Assembly (NCBI GenBank): GCA_964247055.1
Contig: OZ176054.1
Coordinates: 3,782,001-3,846,000 of the forward strand
DNA: 64,000 nt
Source of the DNA: Paragordius varius
Taxonomy: Eukaryota > Animalia > Nematomorpha
Reading direction: 5' to 3'
Positions 35,304 to 47,400 of this stretch are shown here, one piece after another (positions within the stretch are counted from its first letter, which is position 1; each line of letters begins with the position of its first letter). Under the pieces are notes generated by a model that was not told the DNA's origin, searched no databases, and saw nothing but the letters and a program-made list of their open reading frames with translations. The position numbers and the translations under genes were made by a program.

Positions 35304-36909
35304 TACTATTTTCATTTGTGCATTTATACGATTATTACATATACAATTAGTATAGTTATTATCTCCTCCAAAAAATGCATTTAATCTTTGTATGATAATA
35401 AATATTTATTTTATTGAATGTACGTACCAATTATAATCAATGTATTACAGTGTAAGTAACTTGCTGGTTTTTTAATTAATATTGCCAGATGGCATATACA
35501 GCAAAAAGAATATGGAATAGCAAGAAAAAGCGAAAAAATTAATGACAAACTAGCAATGTATTTTCCTCATACTGTAACAAGTGCACTTAGATAAATATAG
35601 AATCTTACAATTATTATTGTTTTTTTATTTTTATAGAAAAATAAATTAGTTTGTAATCCAAACTTATTATGATAACATTAAACGGTTATAAGGATCATTT
35701 AATTGATCAATAGAGAAAATTAGTGTATCTTGCTTTAATCTTACATATCAATAGTGGCCTACATACAATATTTTTGACTCCCAATTAAAATACTCTTGTC
35801 AAAACTAATAAATAATCTTTTTTTAACTATAACTTTATAAACCGGTATTCGCCAATAATATTTGCCCTACATATATAATTAAAAGTATAATACTTTATGA
35901 TAAATTTTAAAAGAGAAAAAATGGCATATAAATTGTTTTAAATCCAACCTAAAGTATGATAAAGCATATAAAAATTGTTTTTTTTTTCAGTTAACGAGTC
36001 ATAATATTATATAAAAAGATTTTTCTAATAAATATGTTTGAAAATACTTAAGTACAACATTTGTGATATCTAATGATGAAACTGTTAAAAAAATCAAAAT
36101 TTTGCCCAAATAAATAAAATATATCAATGGCCTGTTGAAAAATATTAAAATTATTTTAAACAATTTTCATATAATAATTTGAAGCCCTACATTATGGCCT
36201 GATGTAGTAATATCTAGAAGTTTCCCCGGTAAACCAACCCCTCAAGTGGGTTCGTTTTGTGGATCAGGCACTGATTTATTCCATATTGCTATTAAATTAA
36301 AAAACGAAAAATATCGGGTCATAGCTCGAGTGTCTCCATTGTGCCTAGTAAAATTAATAATTCAGGAAAATATTAAATTTATACACATTATATTTGACTA
36401 TACTAGGAGGAGTTTATTATCAAGCGGCGCTGTGACTTCGACAAAATCAATCTTTAAGATCGGTTAGAAAGAATTATTTGAAATAGTTTGCCATACCATA
36501 TATAATTTGGAAACTAAGAGCTCATTTATTAATAAAAATTTAATTGTTAATTTGTAATTAGTTTACGATATTTAATAAACGGCTTAGCCTTTTGCAAATG
36601 TTTCGTTAATATTTTCGACGGATTAAATGTATGAAATGGATTAAATTGCGTTAGATATATCTACCGTCATCATTCGACCATAAGTGCGCATATAAAAACT
36701 TTGGGCACAATCAAATTTAAATGGCTCTATAGAATTTTCGAAATTTGCATCGTAAATTAACATTTTATATTACAGATGATTATTGATATTCTAAGATTTT
36801 AAAAAACTGTTTTTTTGAGAACGACTTGGATACCTTAATAACTATTATATGTGAACTTCCCACTTTCTAAAACTTTAAACAACTATAGACGATTACATAT
36901 GGTGTCCAA

Positions 36910-37349
36910 ACAAATTAATTTTGTTAATTTTAAATTTTGAGGCGCCTCTATTTGCGGAAGCCCTGGGTGAAAGAGCCATTAGCCTAAATCTTACGGTGGA
37001 GTTCGAGATTTATAGTTTCGCCATTGTGTGAAAGGCTGCAATTATAAGGTTTGACCGATTCAATCCATATGTTTGATTCGAGCAAAAATAAAATATTAAT
37101 CAATTAAAATTAGGCCAATGTTAGTTTTTTACCGCAAAATGAACAATTTACAAATTATGGGTTTATTTTTACAGAAGGTACTATTTCAAATTATATAATA
37201 TTTTTTTTGAAAAAAAGGTAATTAATATATATTCATAAATAATTATTTGTGTTTAATTTCAAAAAGCAGTACCAAGGGGGCGCAGTACAGTCGCAGTTTT
37301 TTTCTCAAAATCCAGTACTGTACTGCGAAAAACAGTCTATCTGGTCACT
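36910..37349 (-). mobile_element. Truncated TWA-target element, copy C (one end only)
   Basis: Reverse complement of about 3987-4430. Ends TATCTGGTCACT|tta. Confidence 0.8.
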
Positions 37350-38408
37350 TTATCCAAAACCCCATAAAGCCTTTAACCAATAAACCTAATATTTTTGGCC
37401 ATTTAGTACAAATGTTATAAATGCGGAAAATCGCTTAAAATAGTCGTTTTTTCAGTTCTCACCTCTGTGTGTATATCAGAAATATAAACGGTCAATATTA
37501 TAAATATTCGAAATTTTCGGAGATGCAGAATCCTACAAAGTGTTAATTAAACAAATTTTAAAACCATCAAATATTTACTTCCTTATTTATAAATATTTGT
37601 AACGAAAAAAATATAGTAAAATACCAATTACATATTGTAAAAATACCGCCAGGTTCTTTAAAATATAAATTTTAATTAATTTTAACCCACAAATTTACAC
37701 TAGAAATTGCAGTTAATCTTTATCATTATTTTCAATTAATAATAATGAAAATAGGCCACGTATTGTCCTAACCTTTTAATTTATTATTTTATATTATACT
37801 ATTTCAGCTTTTCGCATAAATTATATAAAAATCTGTTCATTTTTACATAGGGTGTCTACAATGACTTCCTTTAATTTATTTACTCTATTATGCTTTTAAA
37901 CTTTGAAAGATAATGAGGTGAATCTTCAAAATTATCCAAACTTTTGCATAAAATTAATCTTTTATTGAAAAACAGAAGAAAAGAGACCACCCACTCTCTC
38001 CGTATAATGCATTTTTATTTTTCAATAAAATAAAAAAAAATAAACAGAAAATAGGAGGAACTGTACTTTATAAATTGTGTTTGGTCATATCTCATATACA
38101 CACAGTGTAAAAACTTTTTTTTCATAATTTTTTTATTGCATTTTTCCCATACAGACAAACAAACTAAAGAAAATCATTTTTTTATTTGTATGTGTATACA
38201 CTTTATTCGTAGAAATTTAGCGAGTGGAAAAAGAAAACACATTTTATTACTCTAGCCTGGGTGGACGAGCCTCTTTTTTCTATATTGTGATGCGATTCAT
38301 ATGGAATTAATTTTATCATGCATAATATCCACTTCAATTTTATCAACTAAAGGCAAATAATTCTAATTATTAAATGTTACGGTATCATATAATTTAGAGA
38401 AAATATAT

Positions 38409-41400
38409 ATGAAACAAATTCGATTGGTTTTGGTAAGATATTTAACCCGAAAAATTGTTAATTCACCCAAAATTATTTTAACAATTGCTATACTTATCAA
38501 TATTATTCCGATCATATTCATTTTTTCAAAAGAAAAATTAAAGGTGTCATTCGATACAGATTATTATTTATACGGTAAATTATATCATAATTATTTATAA
38601 CATTTTGTGTACGTTTTTTAAATATATTTTTCAAAAAATTTAGATCCTTTATTCAATATGTTTGATTGGGAGAATACGGATCAATCTCAGCTCCAAATTA
38701 TAAATTACAACAGCATTGGTTCTCATAACAAATCCTATCACATTATACCAAAAATTAAATCCAATAAAAATAGGTATTTTCAACAATTTGATCGCTGGAA
38801 AAATGAATTTACTTCAAAAAAATTTAACTACCATTCTTCCATTATTCCCCACCAAAATGAAAATATACTTTCGATTCCATTACTTCAGATTTGGAATCCA
38901 ATTGACAGCGAGACAGCTGATTATCAGTTTTCTGAAGTTATGGACAAACATTTATCACTTGTTAAGAATTTAACCCATATCGAAATATTCATGTTCGGCA
39001 GGTACTTTAAGTTAATTAATATAAATGTAGTTTATGTAAACTAATTTCATACGTTTATATTTATAAGTTTTTGGGGATCCCAGGCCTGTTTAAAAACATA
39101 TTTCTAAAAATATGCAACAAATTGAAACCATTGCAAAAGTTTGCACTTATATAACAAAGCGAAATATAAAAACTTGATAATACTTATATTATAAATAAAC
39201 CTCAAGGTAAACATTTAGTCAACTTGACCATGTATGCATTAGCTAAATATAATAATAATAATGTAAAATTAACCACTTTTCCCATTCGTATTAATGTTAG
39301 ATGTGATTGAAATTAAAAAATAACTAATTAATGTTAGGATCACATAAACAAAATGGATCGAAAAAGTTTGATATGGAACTTTCTTTAAAAAACTAAATTT
39401 CATTTAGATATGTTGGCTTATTATTTTTTTATAGGATAGGAGCACATAAATTTCAATCTAAACCGTTTCTTTAAGTGGTATAAATTTTAACTTAAATATA
39501 TCTGTTGTCCTTAGATGGCCCAATTTGAATCAAATGTTAAATATTGTTTTATAGAGAAGAATTAGACAACTAAAACAATTACAGTCATGCATCCTTTATT
39601 TTACGAATTTTTTTTTAAAGAATGGAAAAAAACAAGAGCTTTATGGTATTAGTAACATTATCATATTCATTAAAAAAGTAGAAGTGTGGGTGGGGAAAGG
39701 CGTCGAACTTATATGGTGAATTCCATACTAACATTAATTTTAAGATGAAGGGTTAGTTGTTAGTGTATTTTCATTATAATTAATACTTGGATTCAAATCG
39801 GGATATCCTAATACCCCAGACTAGGGTTGTGATTTTGACCCCCTTTTTCAAAAAAAAGGGGGTCAGACCTAGGTCGGACCTAGGTCATACCATATGTTAT
39901 TGCCAATAATAAATAACCACATACATAAACACTTGATTAAACATAAAAAAGAATTTACATAAAGTATATAATTTTGTAAAAGTATATACTTTCACCAATA
40001 CTAATAATTTAAGTTTCTACAATTAACGATCTTTCCTGGAATCATACATAAAGACTATATTTTTAAATCACAGAAATAAGACTAACAATATGGATATTGA
40101 AACCTATTTATGCTCTAATTATTTTTAATTATGAATAAAATGCGATGTTTATTTTCAATGAAAGTTGAGGATTTAAAATAAATTTTAAATGTTTCTGGCT
40201 AATTTCTTCTTGAAAACAGAAATTTGTAAGACGAAACTTAAATTAAATACTTAGCTTGCTTTCGACCATCACCTTCTGTCATATAATTTATTTAATTAAC
40301 TTCTTTTAGATGTTTCTTCATTCGGATTTTATTTAAATATATAGTGTAATTGCATTTCTTGCATGTAACTTGATTTTTTTATCGATAAATTTCCACAAGG
40401 CTGATTTTATGAGGATGTAAAGAAAAAATGTATATCATATGATATTTATATCAAAATAAACATCATTTGCACTTCAAGAGTTTAAACACTTCAAGTTGGT
40501 CCTTGAACAATTCAAGTTGGTCCTTGAACAGTTCAAGTTGGTCCTTGAACATTTCAAGTTAGTCCTTTGACTTTTTTGTTTTGTTTTTAACTTTATCAAT
40601 CAAATCGTAAATAATTCATCTATTTTATTGTTAACCTATTTTCTATTAATTAACATAAACTTTAAATCGATATCAACTTTTAATCTTTGATAAACCGTAT
40701 GTCTTTATTAATTTCTTAAAATAATTTGGATATTTATAAGATTTTAACTCGAAATGGAAAAATATATAAGTTTTCTGGGTTATTAATCAAAATTTCTTAT
40801 TAAAAACATTTAATATTCAATAATTTTGTTCTTTTGAAAAAAAATAGTTTGATACAAAAAAGTGGTTTTTATTTAAAAAAAAAATTATTTTTAAATGAAT
40901 AAATATATAATAAATAAAGAAAATTAGTTTAATAAATAATAAAATAAAAAAATAAATGCAAAAATTATGGTTAAATCAAAATTTATAAATTTTAAGGACC
41001 AACTTGAATTGTTCAAGGACCAACTTGAGTTGTTCAAGGACAATGAAGTGTTCAAGGACACTCTTAGAAGTGTTCAAGGACACTCTTGAAGTGCAAATGG
41101 GATATATAAATAATATAAGGTTTTGTTTTCCTAAAAATTGTAAAGCTAATAAAATAAAAAAATAAAAAAAATTGACCTAGGTCATTTTTTTTCGTGGTCA
41201 TGACTATAGTCATGCCCTAGGTCATGACCCTAGGTCATTGACTAATGGGCACAACCCTACCCCAGACAATATTTAAAATGATATGTTAAAATACCAAAGA
41301 AAAGGTCCCAATTAAAATTTTAGTTTCTGTCATGATAAAAATATATAAATAAGCCGAAATATCTAAATAAAATTTGGATTTTAAAAAAAAATTCCACATT

Positions 41401-44400
41401 TTTATTTTACAGCATTTTTGCAAATATCGTGTTCATTTAATTTTAAAGCTAAAATTAAAGCTAATTTTTTATTTAAATCACATCTAATATTGATAGAAAT
41501 AAGAAATAGAAATGGTTTATTTTATATTACTTTAAATTTAACTATGCACAGGTATCATGTTGACTAAATTTTTACCTTTGAGTTTTACCTTATTATAAGT
41601 AATATCAATTACTTTAAAAAAATTTTTTATATTTCGGTTAAATAATGTTATATAAGTGCAAACTTTTGCCATAGTTTTAATTCCTTATATTTTTTGAAAT
41701 ATTTAATTTTAATCAGGCCGAGGGTATCTAACTATTCCAATTTGAATTGAAAAACTGAAATGAATCATGTATCCAAGTGTAAACACATTTTTACAATAAA
41801 AGATTTTCGACGCTGTTCTGCTACACTTCTTTTATTGATAAATGTGATATTGTTAAAGAGGTCTTGTTTTTTCCATTTCACAAAAATTTATACCCATTTA
41901 ACAAAAAAAATAAATTTTTGCTAAAAAAAGTTGCACAACTGTAATATATATACAATGTTTTATATTTAAAAAAAAATTAATATATTACACGTAATCCATT
42001 TTAATTACCAATATAAAAAATATATATTCTATTTCCATTATAATATTGAATAAATGGCTCATTCTCCAATAAAATTTTTATAACAGAAAATTTGTGAGTG
42101 TAAATCGGCCATCTATTTATTAATTAATTCAAGATCAAATTTTAATTTTTTTCCATATTTATATGCATACTTTTTAAATTAAAAAAAATATAAAATTTAA
42201 ATTTATAATCCTCTAGCTAATATATCTCCTATATTTCAAGTTACTGTCATGCTTGTTACATAATAAAACCTATCTATTTAAGTGATGAGATTTCACGGTT
42301 TACAGTATAAATAAAATATATCAAAACGTTAAATGTGTTGAAAACCAATTCTGAAAGATTAAAGGAAGCTTGGTACCGGTTCCAATCTTTGGAATTTCAG
42401 TAACTAAAGTTGTTATATATTTTAGATAATGGCTAGGCAAAGTATATATTCTGGTTTCAATTTTAGTTCCAAGTTATTTTTGTTCATCTTGGTTTTCTAT
42501 ATTTAATAACAAAAACGGTTGTGGATGAATATAATAAATTTTAATTTATCATTGTTTTTTGGTCAAATGGTTTATTTTTCAATTTCTTTAATAGGGATTT
42601 TAATGAAATGTGGATAAATAGCCATAAAATCGAAATTTAAAAGCAACAAAATTTTGTTGTATTCAATTAAAAATTGTAAAAAAGTATTATTTTGAATAAT
42701 ATTATATTTGAACTATTTTTTGGCCCCCAAAAACAAGCATCATTTAGGTTAAATAGAGGGTTTGGCTACAATCTCTGTTATTTTGATCTCCAATTTATTT
42801 AGGTTAAATAACCTGTTTTTTACTTTATATTTATATATATTTAGTAAATGGACTTATAAAGATTTGTGCCACAAACCCAACATTGATCCACTAGATTATT
42901 TTTCAACTCAGGTAATAAATACACTTATAATATATAATTAACTAGCGTAAATCTCGTGCTGCCACTCGGCCCGAGGAAGTCCTTCGGACTTCTGGGGAGG
43001 GGTGGGGATATTTGAAAAAAGGGGCAATAAAATGATCCACATATGTAAATTATTTCGAAACATTATTTAATCGCTATGATCTCATAGGAATTTCAAAACG
43101 GTGCATTTATGCTAATATATTGTTTACTTGGGCGAAAAATAGATTCAAAAAATTATTTTTGTGGACTTTGTTTTTTGAAAAAAATGGCATTTTACAGAGG
43201 GAGCGGGTAAAAAGAGGGCCTAAATTAAAAAAGCGAGACGACTATGTTCGGCGCAATCGAAAATAACTAAACAAAAATCATATTTGAAATTGAATGGTCC
43301 AACACGTTCTTCGGAAAATTGTCTCAAACACACGATTTTTGTGGACTTCTGTTCTCAAAAAAACCCGTTTTTTACACGGGATAGGCCCGAACTGGGGGCC
43401 TAATTCAAAAAAAAGGCGAAGTTATTGTCGGGGCATTTATTAATGATTATATTTTTTTGATATTAGTTTTGAATGGGTTTACCGGTTTTTCGGAAACAGG
43501 TCACAAAGCCAGCATTTTCCATTTTTATAAATATATAGATTAAAAACTAATTTAGCAATAAGTTGATGCATTTCGATAACAAATATTTTTATTTTATATA
43601 TAATTTAGTTGGCCGATCACATAATACCTTGCAGTATTCCAACGCCACTTGATTGCTTTTATCAAGGATCTCAAATTCACCCACAAAAAATAACAAAACT
43701 TCCGTATAAATTTAATTTTATTTATCGTGTCTTAAATAATATAAATTGTAATTGCTGGGAGTAGCATAGATTTAGAGTTATAACTTATAAACCCTTTAGT
43801 TCAGTTTATACCCTAAAAATATGAGTGGCTATTTATAATTTAAAGTTTTGGGTTATCAATTTATTAACTTTGATGCTTTTTGCTTGTTTTTTAAAATTAG
43901 AATTTAGCTGAAATATTATTTGATGTAAATAGTCGAATTCAACTGAAATCGTCACATTAACAAAATATATTATTCATATTCATTGTTAGTTTAATCAAAC
44001 GAAAAACATATAATGAAAGCACATCAGGGATCGTAAAATTAATTTTATTTAAGGTAAAAATTTTACAGCATTGCGTTTTTGCCCCACTTTTATATTTTCA
44101 AAAATAATAGATAATTTTTATATAGAAGGGTAGTTAAGATTTTTTGCTTTTAAAATGTATAAAAATTTCCAGATTTTAAAACCCAGTTAATTTATGTAAT
44201 AGATTACCAAATGGAGATATGTATGATATAAAGTACACTGTTTTGCGTCCTTATGAACTTGTCCAAAAATTACGCAATGAAACTGACTATAGTTTTAAAC
44301 CGCTAGAGAAATATCTTGATTACGTATTTTCTTGAATTTTTATAAATTTATTATATAAATATGATGGAAATATAATGTTTTAATTGTCAAATAATGTTTC

Positions 44401-47400
44401 TTGTAGGTTAACATAAGTCCATGTGGATACATTAATAAACCAAATTATATGGATAACAATATATCTTTAAAAACAATGTTGGAATCGGGACATTGTTCAG
44501 GTATATCTCACAAATTTCAAACATGGCCAAAAGAATCAATTTTTGATTTTGACAGCGCAACGAACGAGTATAGAAATATAATATAAAATAAATTGTTTAA
44601 TATCGGGAATAAGGAATAGAAAATTAAATTATCATAATTTCTCAACATTTTATGTTATATAAAGACTTAGCGATGATTACTAAAAAGTCTACTCAAACAG
44701 CATGTTTTAATATGTTCAATCTAATTTATATATGACGAAAAATATTTTTAATTAAACACCTTTTCGGTTTCTTATGTAGATACGCATTTCAAACAACATT
44801 CCAACTCATGAATGCACAAACTTTATATAACTTTTGGAGACTGTCTTTGCGGAAATTCAAAAATCCTAACAATAAAGGTCAGCATAGTCAACATACTCCT
44901 GTCTGGACACCAGATGCTGCCGAAATGGTTTTGAAAAAGTGGCAAAACGAGTTCCAAAAGCATTTCGCATCTTTTGACTCTAAACACAATCTAAAAAATA
45001 CGGCATTTTATGTTTCATATCCTGATCTGACCCAAGAGGCACATGGCAAATCTCTGTTATACCTGACAAAATTTTATAACCATAAAGTGGCAATTTTGAT
45101 CCTGTTTTCACTAGTAAGTTATTTTATTCCGATTGATGTGGACAAACAAAATTGGTTGTCTTAATATTAATTTTAAACGTTTTTAAGAGGACACTCGTAA
45201 TTTTTATTACTAAAAATCTATTGTAAATGAATGAAAAACTAAAATAATAAATTTTAGTTGAAGTCAAGTTTTAATTATAAATGTAAATTGTATTAATAAC
45301 TTGCACACGTAAAAATATAAATTTAATAAAAAATAAAATCATTCGGATCTGAAAGGATTCTTTATCAATTATATATTTAAAAATTATAAAAACTAAATTT
45401 ATTGATGAAGTTTTGGATCCATATTTTATTTTTTTAATAAATTTTTTATTTATATATACGAGTTATTATTTTTTATTTAAATTTTGAAATGTCCAATTTA
45501 TGTGTAAATAAATTTAACATGGATAGTTATTTATTCGAAGCTATTTTATTTTCTAACTGAAAATTTGTGGTCATGGTGTCTGTGAATATTTTAATTGACG
45601 ATATATATTTATTTCATTAAATGCTAGATACTGCTGGTGTTTATTTACAATGTTTGGAACATATATGAATGGAACCTAAAGAATTTATTTAATGAAACAT
45701 TGTCTTTAAGTGCAATCCTAACTTTATTGCCTATTGGAATAAATTTTTTGACTTTATTCGCATTTTATGGATATACCCTGATACTTCGGTTCACTACAAA
45801 TACACTAAGTGATTTAACCTACATCATACCATTTATGCTTTTCCATTTAAACCTATTGGGGTTACTACATACATTTTATCGCACCCTATTTGAGGTTCGA
45901 ATCATGAAAAATTTACCGATAACATCGGATAGCAATAGTGTCGCTTCATCGTTTCCACCAAATATTTCGGTAATATATACAATATTTATTATCTTATAAA
46001 TTAATACAAAATTCAGGAATGAAATAAAGAAAATTGTATTATATACATTCGGCCTAGGTCTTTTTCCATAGTTGGATGGAACATTTTGCGGTTTTAATCC
46101 TACCATTGCTTGGCGTGATGTGCTCTTTCGGTATGTTAGCATTTATTCCTGTCAAAGTGTTACGGGACATATCTTTACAGGTAAATAAGTTATTTTTGAC
46201 GGATCTTTAATTTGATTACGATTTTTATGTTTTATAAGATGTTGTTTTAAGCCTTTTTAGCCAACATTATTTATTAAAAATACTATATGGATAAAAGGGA
46301 CAGATTAGATCAGCCCCTATTGTTACTTAATTACGTTTAAATAAAGCTTTGTGTTAGATTGTTACATCTAGTAAGTCAAAAAAATAATTAGCGATCTTCT
46401 TTTGCCTCTTAAGTGGCATACTCTCCCAAAACTAAGCTAAAATATGTAATACAAATATTTAAATTTTATAATACTTAATAAATTAAAATAGGTTTATTTA
46501 TTGGAATAACTCTTTTTTATATTATTATTAGATTGTTTTACATCTTGTTATAAGCCAAATATCCCTGTTCATCCTCTTTCCCACTCTCATCAGATTTCTA
46601 TTCAACTTTAATTGGTTTATAAACCTAATTCCTTCAATATCAAAAAACGAAATTCGGCAAACTAATACACTCTACCAAAATATTACGCAAACTTCTTTTA
46701 ATCAAAACTTATCAGAAGATGCAAACGATCAAAATAAACAAATTTTCCCTGATAATCAATGCAAAAACCAATTTTTAACTTTAAAGTCAACACCTCTTTT
46801 ATCAAGGCATAATAGACGTTCAAAGATATACATGTTTTATTTTGATCTCTACTTCATACCCGAATACAAAATTATACCATATCCTAGCAACAGAACAGAT
46901 GAAAATCGAATAACCCAACATAATTATAATAAAAATGTGTATATTTCAAGACCAATAACAAAATATTGTATAATTATTTTAATGGTTATAATTATTTTTT
47001 CTATTCTTTTGACCAATCAAAATGGCTTCAACAAAAAATGGAAAGATTTTTTTGATTTTATAGCCTTTTGGAAGCATGTCTATTTTAACATTGACACCAT
47101 GTTTGCCTGGGCTTCAACTCCGGTTTATCAAAAAAGATTGACTCATTTTGACACGAATTCGGCAAAAATGGTTTGGTCTCATGACCAAAACTTTATCAGT
47201 GAAAATCCATTGAAACTAAATAATTATTTTAGTGTTCGACTGCAACAATCTATATATATTGTGTTGCAGTATCTTCATACAAATATAAGGGCATCACCTA
47301 ATAAAGAAACGAAGCCAATCGCATATGAGGACATGTGCACAGCTTATAAGTTTTGGTTGTGCGAAATGCGGTAATTATTATTTATTAACATTCGGAATTC

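Larger units (their letters stand above)
39784..41779 (-). mobile_element. piggyBac-like MITE split by a hAT element
   Basis: ttaa|TACTTGGATTC...GTATCCAAGTG|taaa. The halves rejoin across the hAT TSD. Confidence 0.75.
39582..41941. mobile_element. Tc1-type long-TIR MITE, outermost layer of a nest
   Basis: TA|CAGTCATG...CACAACTG|TA. Arms share aatggaaaaaa.caagagct in inverted orientation. Same family as 62517-62738. Confidence 0.65.

Noticed and set aside
44505-44530. Apparent frameshift in a Patched exon
   Set aside because: On careful re-reading the frame is continuous (HKFQTWPKES).
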